Shown: one piece after another, positions 33,208 through 52,821 of the stretch
Position numbering within the stretch: position 1 is the first letter of the stretch
Layout: each line of letters opens with the position of its first letter
Assembly (NCBI RefSeq): GCF_009914755.1
Contig: NC_060948.1
Source: the human T2T-CHM13v2.0 reference genome, Homo sapiens
Length of the DNA stretch: 64,000 nt
Strand: one strand, 5' to 3'
Made by a program: the position numbers and the translations under genes
Notes under the pieces: model-generated
Databases searched by the model: none
Seen by the model: the letters and a program-made list of their open reading frames with translations, nothing else
What the model was told of the DNA's origin: nothing

Positions 33208-33499
33208 TTTTTTTTTAGACAGAATCTTGTCCTGTTGCACAGGGTGGGGTACAATGGCGCCATCTTTGCTCACTGCAACTTCTGCCTCACGGGACCAAGC
33301 GATTGTCCTCCCTCAGCCTCCCAGGTAGCTGGGACTACACCACACTGGGACTACACCAGCTGCCACCATGCCTAGCTAATTATATGGATTTTTAGTAGTG
33401 ACAGCGTTTCACTGTATTGGCCAGGATGGTCTTGATCTCTTCACCTTGTGATCCCCTTGCCTTGGCCTCCAAATTTGCTGGGATTACAGGCCTGAGCCA
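33208..33499 (-). mobile_element. Diverged Alu, DYZ2 unit 7
   Basis: Same antisense Alu as 18698-18988. Confidence 0.9.
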
Positions 33500-35602
33500 A
33501 GATCCATATTTTTTAAATGAAAAAAAATTTCAAAGGTACTCTGCTTGGTACAATAATCAAATGTATAAACTGAGGAATAAAACATAACCATGAAACCTAC
33601 TTATAACTGCATATGGAAAATACAGAGGATAATTTTTTAAATAACATATTTTGAAAGCCTTAACTAGTAATTTGAAGAGTTGGCATTTGAAAGGCCAGTA
33701 TGAATATACCTTCAAAGCAGCAACACAGGTTCCCCATGAGAAAAAGCAAGCACAGGGAAAACAAAAACACAAAGGTTCAATCTCTTCTGACCTTTGAAAG
33801 ACACAGCACAGACAGTGGTCCTTAGGACGAAGAGCAGGAGACCCCTAATTCCGTCACCATGGCGATAGGGCATAAACATTGCTGGGTGAGGGCACAATCC
33901 ACATTGTGAGGTCCAACTGCTGCCAGGAAGACAGGAGTGCTTTTACATAGACCGAAAGGTCATTGAAGGCTCAGAGTTTTGTTTCAAGAACTGAATCCCA
34001 AGCCCACACGTTATTAGGCTGCGCTTCTTAAAACAAGTTATGAGATGGGAAAAAGGGCACCCACAAACATATGTATACATTATGTATATAATAATATATA
34101 GTATGATATATATAATATATATAACCTATGTATAATATTGTTTTACATCCTGCATCTTATGTTATATATATTTTATAAAATATAATAATTGATAATATAT
34201 AAGTTTTATAATTATACAATATGACATATAGTATATATTATAATTTATGACATATATAATATATGTTATATGTCATATATAGAATATATTATACGGTTAA
34301 TATACGTATTAAATATAAATTATACATTATATATATTATATATAATATATCTGTTATATATAATACCCATTATGCATAATATATATATTATGTCTATGTT
34401 ATATATAGTATAAAACAACATATAATAATATATAATTGTATATATAAAATGCGACATAGAATATATATTATATTTTATAACATATGTAATATATATTATA
34501 TATTATATATAATACGTTGTATGTATAATACCTATATTAAATGTATATTATATGACTATGTTATTAATTACATGTCACATGTGTTATATATTATATATTT
34601 TACATAGAATATACCGGTTACATACAATATATACTATGTTACCTATAATGTATAATTTATTACATGTAAAATAAAGACTGCAATATATTATGTATAATTT
34701 ATAATATACAATATGTGGAATGTGATATATACAACATATAATATATGATATATGATGTACAGTATATGATATATAACATACAATATATGATTCCTAATAT
34801 ATATGGTATACAATATATATTTTATGATATGTATTCTATATGTTTTATATTCTGTTATATATAACTATTTGAAATTATATATAACTGTATAATATTTTAT
34901 GTAAATATGTAATATAATATACATTAACTATATAATATCTTATATATAAATATATATTATGTTATATATACTTTTATAACATAATTTACATAAAATATAA
35001 TATAATATATATTATAATATTTCATATTACATAATATATATTACATATCACCCAATATAACTAACATACATAATATTATAATATAGATTATATTGTGTTA
35101 TATTAAATATCATATATATCATGTATCATATATTCTATAATATATATTACAGATTATATAATATGTATGTTGTCTATTATGTAATATATATCACTATATA
35201 TATAATTATATTTTTATACATATAACTAGATAAACATGTAATTCTACATATTTTCAGTTATAATATGTAGAATTATATAATCATATATAATTATTTATAT
35301 TCTATAAAAAATTTTATCATTATATAAATTATAATATATAAAAATTATAATATGTACTACAAATATATATATTATATATCATATATGATATAGTACCTTT
35401 GTTATATATCATAATACATATAAATGTGTATTATGTTATCTATAATTATATAATTTCATATATAAGATGTATAATATGTATCATATATTATATATGTTAT
35501 GTAATATATATAGTATATATAAGATGACACAGGATAAATATTATATACTATGACATATTAAATATATGAGGTTATATGTTACATATAAGGCATAGCACAT
35601 AA

Positions 35603-35917
<315 letters not shown>

Positions 35918-38015
35918 AGATCCATATTTTTTAAATGAAAAAAAATTTCAAAGGTACTCTGCTTGGTACACTAATCAAATGTATAAACTGAGGAATAAAA
36001 CATAACCATGAAACCTACTTATAACTGCATATGGAAAATACAGAGGATAATTTTTTAAATAACATATTTTGAAAGCCTTAACTAGTAATTTGAAGAGTTG
36101 GCATTTGAAAGGCCAGTATGAATATACCTTCAAAGCAGCAACACAGGTTCCCCATGAGAAAAAGCAAACACAGGGAAAATAAAAACACAAAGGTTCAATC
36201 TCTTCTGACCTTTGAAAGACACAGCACAGACAGTGGTCCTTAGGACGAAGAGCAGGAGACCCCTAATTCCGTCACCATGGCGATAGGGCATAAACATTGC
36301 TGGGTGAGGGCACAATCCACATTGTGAGGTCCAACTGCTGCCAGGAAGACAGGAGTGCTTTTACATAGACCGAAAGGTCATTGAAGGCTCAGAGTTTTGT
36401 TTCAAGAACTGAATCCCAAGCCCACACGTTATTAGGCTGCGCTTCTTAAAACAAGTTATGAGATGGGAAAAAGGGCACCCACAAACATACGTATACATTA
36501 TGTATATAATAATATACAGTATCATATATATAATATATATAACCTATGTATAATATTGTTTTACATCCTGCATCTTATGTTATATATATTGTATAAAATA
36601 TAATAATTGATAATATATAAGTTGTATAATTATACAATATGACATATAGTATATATTATAATTTATGACATATATAATATATGTTATATATCATATATAG
36701 AATATATTATACGGTTAATATACGTATTAAATATAAATTATACATTATATATATTATATATAATATATCTGTTATATATAATACCCATTATGCATAATAT
36801 ATATATTATGTCTATGTTATATATAGTATAAAACAACATATAATAATATATAATTGTATATATAAAATGCGACATATAATATATATTATATTTTATAACA
36901 TATGTAATATATATTATATATAATACGTTGTATGTATAATACCCATATTAAATATATATTATTTGACTATGTTATTAATTACATGTCACATGTGTTATAT
37001 ATTATATATTTTACATAGAATATACCGGTTACATACAATATATACTATGTTACCTATAATGTATAATTTATTACATGTAAAATAAAGAATGCAATATATT
37101 ATGTAAAATTTATAATATACAATATGTGGAATGTGATATATATAACATATAATATATGATATATGATATACAGTATATGATATAGAACATACAATATATG
37201 ATTCCTAATATATATGGTATACAATATATATTTTATGATATGTATTCTATATGTTTTATATTCTGTTATATATAACTATTTGAAATTATATATAACTGTA
37301 TAATATTTTATGTAAATATGTAATATAATATATATAACTATATAATATATTATATATAACTATATATTATGTTATATATACTTTTATAACATAATTTACA
37401 TAAAATATCATAATATAATATATATTATATTATTTCATATTACATAATATATATTACATATCACCCAATATAACTAACATACATAATAGTATAATATAGA
37501 TTATATTATGTTATATTAAATATCATATATATCATGTATCATATATTCTATAATATATATTACACATTATATAATATGTATGTTGTCTATTATGTGATAT
37601 ATATAACTATATATATAATTATATTTTTATACATATAACTAGATAAACATGTAATTCTACATATTTTCATTTATAATATGTAGAATTATATAATCATATA
37701 TAATTATTTATATTCTATAAAAAATTTTATCATTATATAAATTATAATATATAAAAATTATAATATGTACTAGAAATATATATATTATATATCATATATG
37801 ATATAGTACCTTTGTTATATATCATAATACATATAAATGTGTATTATGTTATCTATAATTATATAATTTCATATATAAGATGTATAATATGTATCATATA
37901 TTATATATGTTATGTAATATATATAGTATATATAAGATGACACAGGATAAATATTATATACTATGACATATAAAATATATGAGGTTATATGTTACATATA
38001 AGGCATAGCACATAA

Positions 38016-38330
<315 letters not shown>

Positions 38331-40428
38331 AGATCCATATTTTTTAAATGAAAAAAAATTTCAAAGGTACTCTGCTTGGTACAATAATCAAATGTATAAA
38401 CTGAGGAATAAAACATAACCATGAAACCTACTTATAACTGCATATGGAAAATACAGAGGATAATTTTTTAAATAACATATTTTGAAAGCCTTAACTAGTA
38501 ATTTGAAGAGTTGGCATTTGAAAGGCCAGTATGAATATACCTTCAAAGCAGCAACACAGGTTCCCCATGAGAAAAAGCAAACACAGGGAAAATAAAAACA
38601 CAAAGGTTCAATCTCTTCTGACCTTTGAAAGACACAGCACAGACAGTGGTCCTTAGGACGAAGAGCAGGAGACCCCTAATTCCGTCACCATGGCGATAGG
38701 GCATAAACATTGCTGGGTGAGGGCACAATCCATATTGTGAGGTCCAACTGCTGCCAGGAAGACAGGAGTGCTTTTACATAGACCGAAAGGTCATTGAAGG
38801 CTCAGAGTTTTGTTTCAAGAACTGAATTCCAAGCCCACACGTTATTAGGCTGCGCTTCTTAAAACAAGTTATGAGATGGGAAAAAGGGCACCCACAAACA
38901 TACGTATACATTATGTATATAATAATATACAGTATCATATATATAATATATATAACCTATGTATAATATTGTTTTACATCCTGCATCTTATGTTATATAT
39001 ATTGTATAAAATATAATAATTGATAATATATAAGTTTTATAATTATACAATATGACATATAGTATATATTATAATTTATGACATATATAATATATGTTAT
39101 ATATCATATATAGAATATATTATACGGTTAATATACGTATTAAATATAAATTATACATTATATATATTATATATAATATATCTGTTATATATAATACCCA
39201 TTATGCATAATATATATATTATATCTATGTTATATATAGTATAAAACAACATATAATAATATATAATTGTATATATAAAATGCGACATATAATATATATT
39301 ATATTTTATAACATATGTAATATATATTATATATAATACGTTGTATGTATAATACCTATATTAAATATATATTATATGACTATGTTATTAATTACATGTC
39401 ACATGTGTTATATATTATATATTTTACATAGAATATACCGGTTACATACAATATATACTATGTTACCTATAATGTATAATTTATTACATGTAAAATAAAG
39501 AATGCAATATATTATGTAAAATTTATAATATACAATATGTGGAATGTGATATATATAACATATAATATATGATATATGATATACAGTATATGATATATAA
39601 CATACAATATATGATTCCTAATATATATGGTATACAATATATATTTTATGATATGTATTCTATATGTTTTATATTCTGTTATATTTAACTATTTGAAATT
39701 ATATATAACTGTATAATATTTTATATAAATATGTAATATAATATATATAACTATATAATATATTATATATAACTATATATTATGTTATATATACTTTTAT
39801 AACATAATTTACATAAAATATCATAATATAATATATATTATATTATTTCATATTACATAATATATATTACATATCACCCAATATAACTAACATACATAAT
39901 ATTATAATATAGATTATATTGTGTTATATTAAATATCATATATATCATGTATCATATATTCTATAATATATATTACACATTATATAATATGTATGTTGTC
40001 TATTATGTGATATATATAACTATATATATAATTATATTTTTATACATATACCTAGATAAACATGTAATTCTACATATTTTCAGTTATAATATGTAGAATT
40101 ATATAATCATATATAATTATTTATATTCTATAAAAAATTTTATCATTATATAAATTATAATATATAAAAATTATAATATGTACTACAAATATATATATTA
40201 TATATCATATATGATATAGTACCTTTGTTATATATCATAATACATATAAATGTGTATTATGTTATCTATAATTATATAATTTCATATATAAGATGTATAA
40301 TATGTATCATATATTATATATGTTATGTAATATATATAGTATATATAAGATGACACAGGATAAATATTATATACTATGACATATTAAATATATGAGGTTA
40401 TATGTTACATATAAGGCATAGCACATAA

Positions 40429-40743
<315 letters not shown>

Positions 40744-42841
40744 AGATCCATATTTTTTAAATGAAAAAAAATTTCAAAGGTACTCTGCTTGGTACAATAA
40801 TCAAATGTATAAACTGAGGAATAAAACATAACCATGAAACCTACTTATAACTGCATATGGAAAATACAGAGGATAATTTTTTAAATAACATATTTTGAAA
40901 GCCTTAACTAGTAATTTGAAGAGTTGGCATTTGAAAGGCCAGTATGAATATACCTTCAAAGCAGCAACACAGGTTCCCCATGAGAAAAAGCAAACACAGG
41001 GAAAATAAAAACACAAAGGTTCAATCTCTTCTGACCTTTGAAAGACACAGCACAGACAGTGGTCCTTAGGACGAAGAGCAGGAGACCCCTAATTCCGTCA
41101 CCATGGCGATAGGGCATAAACATTGCTGGGTGAGGGCTCAATCCATATTGTGAGGTCCAACTGCTGCCAGGAAGACAGGAGTGCTTTTACATAGACCGAA
41201 AGGTCATTGAAGGCTCAGAGTTTTGTTTCAAGAACTGAATTCCAAGCCCACACGTTATTAGGCTGCGCTTCTTAAAACAAGTTATGAGATGGGAAAAAGG
41301 GCACCCACAAACATACGTATACATTATGTATATAATAATATACAGTATCATATATATAATATATATAACCTATGTATAATATTGTTTTACATCCTGCATC
41401 TTATGTTATATATATTGTATAAAATATAATAATTGATAATATATAAGTTTTATAATTATACAATATGACATATAGTATATATTATAATTTATGACATATA
41501 TAATATATGTTATATATCATATATAGAATATATTATACGGTTAATATACGTATTAAATATAAATTATACATTATATATATTATATATAATATATCTGTTA
41601 TATATAATACCCATTATGCATAATATATATATTATATCTATGTTATATATGGTATAAAACAACATATAATAATATATAATTGTATATATAAAATGCGACA
41701 TATAATATATATTATATTTTATAACATATGTAATATATATTATATATAATACGTTGTATGTATAATACCTATATTAAATATATATTATATGACTATGTTA
41801 TTAATTACATGTCACATGTGTTATATATTATATATTTTACATAGAATATACCGGTTACATACAATATATACTATGTTACCTATAATGTATAATTTATTAC
41901 ATGTAAAATAAAGAATGCAATATATTATGTAAAATTTATAATATACAATATGTGGAATGTGATATATATAACATATAATATATGATATATGATATACAGT
42001 ATATGATATATAACATACAATATATGATTCCTAATATATATGGTATACAATATATATTTTATGATATGTATTCTATATGTTTTATATTCTGTTATATTTA
42101 ACTATTTGAAATTATATATAACTGTATAATATTTTATATAAATATGTAATATAATATATATAACTATATAATATATTATATATAACTATATATTATGTTA
42201 TATATACTTTTATAACATAATTTACATAAAATATCATAATATAATATATATTATATTATTTCATATTACATAATATATATTACATATCACCCAATATAAC
42301 TAACATACATAATATTATAATATAGATTATATTGTGTTATATTAAATATCATATATATCATGTATCATATATTCTATAATATATATTACACATTATATAA
42401 TATGTATGTTGTCTATTATGTGATATATATAACTATATATATAATTATATTTTTATACATATACCTAGATAAACATGTAATTCTACATATTTTCAGTTAT
42501 AATATGTAGAATTATATAATCATATATAATTATTTATATTCTATAAAAAATTTTATCATTATATAAATTATAATATATAAAAATTATAATATGTACTACA
42601 AATATATATATTATATATCATATATGATATAGTACCTTTGTTATATATCATAATACATATAAATGTGTATTATGTTATCTATAATTATATAATTTCATAT
42701 ATAAGATGTATAATATGTATCATATATTATATATGTTATGTAATATATATAGTATATATAAGATGACACAGGATAAATATTATATACTATGACATATTAA
42801 ATATATGAGGTTATATGTTACATATAAGGCATAGCACATAA

Positions 42842-43156
<315 letters not shown>

Positions 43157-45277
43157 AGATCCATATTTTTTAAATGAAAAAAAATTTCAAAGGTACTCTG
43201 CTTGGTACAATAATCAAATGTATAAACTGAGGAATAAAACATAACCATGAAACCTACTTATAACTGCATATGGAAAATACAGAGGATAATTTTTTAAATA
43301 ACATATTTTGAAAGCCTTAACTAGTAATTTGAAGAGTTGGCATTTGAAAGGCCAGTATGAATATACCTTCAAAGCAGCAACACAGGTTCCCCATGAGAAA
43401 AAGCAAACACAGGGAAAATAAAAACACAAAGGTTCAATCTCTTCTGACCTTTGAAAGACACAGCACAGACAGTGGTCCTTAGGACGAAGAGCAGGAGACC
43501 CCTAATTCCGTCACCATGGCGATAGGGCATAAACATTGCTGGGTGAGGGCACAATCCACATTGTGAGGTCCAACTGCTGCCAGGAAGACAGGAGTGCTTT
43601 TACATAGACCGAAAGGTCATTGAAGGCTCAGAGTTTTGTTTCAAGAACTGAATCCCAAGCCCACACGTTATTAGGCTGCGCTTCTTAAAACAAGTTATGA
43701 GATGGGAAAAAGGGCACCCACAAACATACGTATACATTATGTATATAATAATATACAGTATCATATATATAATATATATAACCTATGTATAATATTGTTT
43801 TACATCCTGCATCTTATGTTATATATATTGTATAAAATATAATAATTGATAATATATAAGTTTTATAATTATACAATATGACATATAGTATATATTATAA
43901 TTTATGACATATATAATATATGTTATATATCATATGTAGAATATATTATACGGTTAATATACGTATTAAATATAAATTATACATTATATATATTATATAA
44001 AATATATCTGTTATATATAATACCCATTATGCATAATATATATATTATGTCTATGTTATATATAGTATAAAACAACATATAATAATATATAATTGTATAT
44101 ATAAAATGCGACATATAATATATATTATATTTTATAACATATGTAATATATATTATATATAATACGTTGTATGTATAATACCTATATTAAATATATATTA
44201 TATGACTATGTTATTAATTACATGTCACATGTGTTATATATTATATATTTTACATAGAATATACCGGTTACATACAATATATACTATGTTACCTATAATG
44301 TATAATTTATTACATGTAAAATAAAGAATGCAATATATTATGTAAAATTTATAATATAAAATATGTGGAATGTGATATATATAACATATAATATATGATA
44401 TATGATATACAGTATATGATATATAACATACAATATATGATTCCTAATATATATGGTATACAATATATATTTTATGATATGTATTCTATATGTTTTATAT
44501 TCTGTTATATTTAACTATTTGAAATTATATATAACTGTATAATATTTTATATAAATATGTAATATAATATATATAACTATATAATATATTATATATAACT
44601 ATATATTATGTTATATATACTTTTATAACATAATTTACATAAAATATCATAATATAATATATATTTTATTATTTCATATTACATAATATATATTACATAT
44701 CACCCAATATAACTAACATACATAATATTATAATATAGATTATATTGTGTTATATTAAATATCATATATATCATGTATCATATATTCTATAATATATATT
44801 ACACATTATATAATATGTATGTTGTCTATTATGTGATATATATAACTATATATATAATTATATTTTTATACATATACCTAGATAAACATGTAATTCTACA
44901 TATTTTCAGTTATAATATGTAGAATTATATAATCATATATAATTATTTATATTTCATAAAAAATTTTATCATTATATAAATTATAATATATAAAAATTAT
45001 AATATGTACTACAAATATATATATTATATATCATATATGATATAGTACCTTTGTTATATATCATAATACATATAAATGTGTATTATGTTATCTATAATTA
45101 TATAATTTCATATATAAGATGTATAATATGTATCATATATTATATATGTTATGTAATATATATAGTATATATAAGATGACACAGGATAAATATTATATAC
45201 TATGACATATTAAATATATGAGGTTATATGTTACATATAAGGCATAGCACATAACATGTAATATATATCATATATAA

Positions 45278-45569
45278 TTTTTTTTTAGACAGAATCTTGT
45301 CCTGTTGCACAGTGTGGGGTACAATGGCGCCATCTTTGCTGACTGCAAATTCTGCCTCACGGATCCAAGCGATTGTCCTCCCTCAGCCTCCCAGGTAGCT
45401 GGGACTAAACCACACTGGGACTACACCAGCTGCCACCATGCCTAGCTAATTTTTTGGATTTTTAGTAGTGACAGCGTTTCACTGTATTGGCCAGGATGGT
45501 CTTGATCTCTTCACCTTGTGATCCCCTTGCCTTGGCCTCCAAATTTGCTGGGATTACAGGCCTGAGCCA
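45278..45569 (-). mobile_element. Diverged Alu, DYZ2 unit 12
   Basis: Same antisense Alu as 18698-18988. Confidence 0.9.
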
Positions 45570-47667
45570 AGATCCATATTTTTTAAATGAAAAAAAATTT
45601 CAAAGGTACTCTGCTTGGTACAATAATCAAATGTATAAACTGAGGAATAAAACATAACCATGAAACCTACTTATAACTGCATATGGAAAATACAGAGGAT
45701 AATTTTTTAAATAACATATTTTGAAAGCCTTAACTAGTAATTTGAAGAGTTGGCATTTGAAAGGCCAGTATGAATATACCTTCAAAGCAGCAACACAGGT
45801 TCCCCATGAGAAAAAGCAAACACAGGGAAAATAAAAACACAAAGGTTCAATCTCTTCTGACCTTTGAAAGACACAGCACAGACAGTGGTCCTTAGGACGA
45901 AGAGCAGGAGACCCCTAATTCCGTCACCATGGCGATAGGGCATAAACATTGCTGGGTGAGGGCACAATCCACATTGTGAGGTCCAACTGCTGCCAGGAAG
46001 ACAGGAGTGCTTTTACATAGACCGAAAGGTCATTGAAGGCTCAGAGTTTTGTTTCAAGAACTGAATCCCAAGCCCACACGTTATTAGGCTGCGCTTCTTA
46101 AAACAAGTTATGAGATGGGAAAAAGGGCACCCACAAACATACGTATACATTATGTATATAATAATATACAGTATCATATATATAATATATATAACCTATG
46201 TATAATATTGTTTTACATCCTGCATCTTATGTTATATATATTGTACAAAATATAATAATTGATAATATATAAGTTTTATAATTATACAATATGACATATA
46301 GTATATATTATAATTTATGACATATATAATATATGTTATATATCATATATAGAATATATTATACGGTTAATATACGTATTAAATATAAATTATACATTAT
46401 ATATATTATATATAATATATCTGTTATATATAATACCCATTATGCATAATATATATATTATGTCTATGTTATATATAGTATAAAACAACATATAATAATA
46501 TATAATTGTATATATAAAATGCGACATATAATATATATTATATTTTATAACATATGTAATATATATTATATATAATACGTTGTATGTATAATACCTATAT
46601 TAAATATATATTATATGACTATGTTATTAATTACATGTCACATGTGTTATATATTATATATTTTACATAGAATATACCGGTTACATACAATATATACTAT
46701 GTTACCTATAATGTATAATTTATTACATGTAAAATAAAGACTGCAATATATTATGTATAATTTATAATATACAATATGTGGAATGTGATATATATAACAT
46801 ATAATATATGATATATGATATACAGTATATGATATATAACATACAATATATGATTCCTAATATATATGGTATACAATATATATTTTATGATATGTATTCT
46901 ATATGTTTTATATTCTGTTATATATAACTATTTGAAATTATATATAACTGTATAATATTTTATGTAAATATGTAATATAATATATATAACTATATAATAT
47001 ATTAGATATAACTATATATTATGTTATATATACTTTTATAACATAATTTACATAAAATATCATAATATAATATATATTATATTATTTCATATTACATAAT
47101 ATATATTACATATCACCCAATATAACTAACATACATAATATTATAATATAGATTATATTGTGTTATATTAAATATCATATATATCATGTATCATATATTC
47201 TATAATATATATTACACGTTATATAATATGTATGTTGTCTATTATGTGATATATATAACTATATATATAATTATATTTTTATACATATAACTAGATAAAC
47301 ATGTAATTCTACATATTTTCATTTATAATATGTAGAATTATATAATCATATATAATTATTTATATTCTATAAAAAATTTTATCATTATATAAATTATAAT
47401 ATATAAAAATTATAATATGTACTACAAATATATATATTATATATCATATATGATATAGTACCTTTGTTATATATCATAATACATATAAATGTGTATTATG
47501 TTATCTATAATTATATAATTTCATATATAAGATGTATAATATGTGTCATATATTATATATGTTATGTAATATATATAGTATATATAAGATGACACAGGAT
47601 AAATATTATATACTATGACATATAAAATATATCAGGTTATATGTTACATATAAGGCATAGCACATAA

Positions 47668-47982
<315 letters not shown>

Positions 47983-50086
47983 AGATCCATATTTTTTAAA
48001 TGAAAAAAAATTTCAAAGGTACTCTGCTTGGTACAATAATCAAATGTATAAACTGAGGAATAAAACATAACCATGAAACCTACTTATAACTGCATATGGA
48101 AAATACAGAGGATAATTTTTAAATAACATATTTTGAAAGCCTTAACTAGTAATTTGAAGAGTTGGCATTTGAAAGGCCAGTATGAATATACCTTCAAAGC
48201 AGCAACACAGGTTCCCCATGAGAAAAAGCAAACACAGGGAAAATAAAAACACAAAGGTTCAATCTCTTCTGACCTTTGAAAGACACAGCACAGACAGTGG
48301 TCCTTAGGACGAAGAGCAGGAGACCCCTAATTCCGTCACCATGGCGATAGGGCATAAACATTGCTGGGTGAGGGCACAATCCACATTGTGAGGTCCAACT
48401 GCTGCCAGGAAGACAGGAGTGCTTTTACATAGACCGAAAGGTCATTGAAGGCTCAGAGTTTTGTTTCAAGAACTGAATCCCAAGCCCACACGTTATTAGG
48501 CTGCGCTTCTTAAAACAAGTTATGAGATGGGAAAAAGGGCACCCACAAACATACGTATACATTATGTATATAATAATATACAGTATCATATATATAATAT
48601 ATATAACCTATGTATAATATTGTTTTACATCCTGCATCTTATGTTATATATATTGAATAAAATATAATAATTGATAATATATAAGTTTTATAATTATACA
48701 ATATGACATATAGTATATATTATAATTTATGACATATATAATATATGTTATATATCATATATAGAATATATTATACGGTTAATATACGTATTAAATATAA
48801 ATTATACATTATATATATTATATATAATATATCTGTTATATATAATACCCATTATGCATAATATATATATTATGTCTATGTTATCTATAGTATAAAACAA
48901 CATATAATAATATATAATTGTATATATAAAATGCGACATATAATATATATTATATTTTATAACATATGTAATATATATTATATATTATATATAATACGTT
49001 GTATGTATAATACCTATATTAAATATATATTATATGACTATGTTATTAATTACATGTCACATGTGTTATATATTATATATTTTACATAGAATATACCGGT
49101 TACATACAATATATACTATGTTACCTATAATGTATAATTTATTACATGTAAAATAAATAATGCAATATATTATGTATAATTTATAATATACCATATGTGG
49201 AATGTGATATATATAACATATAATATATGATATATGATATACAGTATATGATATATAACATACAATATATGATTCCTAATATATATGGTATACAATATAT
49301 ATTTTATGATAAGTATTCTATATGTTTTATATTCTGTTATATATAACTATTTGAAATTATATATAACTGTATAATATTTTATGTAAATATGTAATATAAT
49401 ATATACAACTATACAATATATTATATATAACTATATATTATGTTATATATACTTTTATAACATAATTTACATAAAATATCATAATATAATATATATTATA
49501 TTATTTCATATTACATAATATATATTACATATCACCCAGTATAACTAACATACATAATATTATAATATAGATTATATTCTGTTATATTAAATATCATATA
49601 TATCATGTATCATATATTCTATAATATATATTACACATTATATAATATGTATGTTGTCTATTATGTGATATATATAACTATATATATAATTATATTTTTA
49701 TACATATAACTAGATAAACATGTAATTCTACATATTTTCATTTATAATATGTAGAATTATATAATCATATATAATTATTTATATTCTATAAAAAATTTTA
49801 TCATTATATAAATTATAATATATAAAAATTATAATATGTACTACAAATATATATATTATATATCATATATGATATAGTACCTTTGTTATATATCATATTA
49901 CATATAAATGTGTATTATGTTATCTATAATTATATAATTTCATATATAAGATGTATAATATGTATCATATATTATATATGTTATGTAATATATATAGTAT
50001 ATATAAGATGACACAGGATAAATATTATATACTATGACATATAAAATATATGAGGTTATATGTTACATATAAGGCATAGCACATAA

Positions 50087-50401
<315 letters not shown>

Positions 50402-52506
50402 AGATCCATATTTTTTAAATGAAAAAAAATTTCAAAGGTACTCTGCTTGGTACAATAATCAAATGTATAAACTGAGGAATAAAACATAACCATGAAACCT
50501 ACTTATAACTGCATATGGAAAATACAGAGGATAATTTTTTAAATAACATATTTTGAAAGCCTTAACTAGTAATTTGAAGAGTTGGCATTTGAAAGGCCAG
50601 TATGAATATACCTTCAAAGCAGCAACACAGGTTCCCCATGAGAAAAAGCAAACACAGGGAAAATAAAAACACAAAGGTTCAATCTCTTCTGACCTTTGAA
50701 AGACACAGCACAGACAGTGGTCCTTAGGACGAAGAGCAGGAGACCCCTAATTCCGTCACCATGGCGATAGGGCATAAACATTGCTGGGTGAGGGTACAAT
50801 CCACATTGTGAGGTCCAACTGCTGCCAGGAAGACAGGAATGCTTTTACATAGACCGAAAGGTCATTGAAGGCTCAGAGTTTTGTTTCAAGAACTGAATCC
50901 CAAGCCCACACGTTATTAGGCTGCGCTTCTTAAAACAAGTTATGAGATGGGAAAAAGGGCACCCACAAACATACGTATACATTATGTATATAATAATATA
51001 CAGTATCATATATATAATATATATAACCTATGTATAATATTGTTTTACATCCTGCATCTTATGTTATATATATTGTAGAAAATATAATAATTGATAATAT
51101 ATAAGTTTTATAATTATACAATATGACATATAGTATATATTATAATTTATGACATATATAATATATGTTATATATCATATATAGAATATATTATACGGTT
51201 AATATACGTATTAAATATAAATTATACATTATATATATTATATATAATATATCTGTTATATATAATACCCATTATGCATAATATATATATTATGTCTATG
51301 TTATATATAGTATAAAACAACATATAATAATATATAATTGTATATATAAAATGCGACGTATAATATATATTATATTTTATAACATATGTAATATATATTA
51401 TATATTATATATAATACGTTGTATGTATAATACCTATATTAAATATATATTATATGACTATGTTATTAATTACATGTCACATGTGTTATATATTATATAT
51501 TTTACATAGAATATACCGGTTACATACAATATATACTATGTTACCTATAATGTATAATTTATTACATGTAAAATAAATAATGCAATATATTATGTATAAT
51601 TTATAATATACCATATGTGGAATGTGATATATATAACATATAATATATGATATATGATATACAGTATATGATATATAACATACAATATATGATTCCTAAT
51701 ATATATGGTATACAATATATATTTTATGATAAGTATTCTATATGTTTTATATTCTGTTATATATAACTATTTGAAATTATATATAACTGTATAATATTTT
51801 ATGTAAATATGTAATATAATATATACAACTATATAATATATTATATATAACTATATATTATGTTATATATACTTTTATAACATAATTTACATAAAATATC
51901 ATAATATAATATATATTATATTATTTCATATTACATAATATATATTACATATCACCCAGTATAACTAACATACATAATATTATAATATAGATTATATTCT
52001 GTTATATTAAATATCATATATATCATGTATCATATATTCTATAATATATATTACACATTATATAATATGTATGTTGTCTATTATGTGATATATATAACTA
52101 TATATATAATTATATTTTTATACATATAACTAGATAAACATGTAATTCTACATATTTTCATTTATAATATGTAGAATTATATAATCATATATAATTATTT
52201 ATATTCTATAAAAAATTTTATCATTATATAAATTATAATATATAAAAATTATAATATGTACTACAAATATATATATTATATATCATATATGATATAGTAC
52301 CTTTGTTATATATCATATTACATATAAATGTGTATTATGTTATCTATAATTATATAATTTCATATATAAGATGTATAATATGTATCATATATTATATATG
52401 TTATGTAATATATATAGTATATATAAGATGACACAGGATAAATATTATATACTATGACATATAAAATATATGAGGTTATATGTTACATATAAGGCATAGC
52501 ACATAA

Positions 52507-52821
<315 letters not shown>
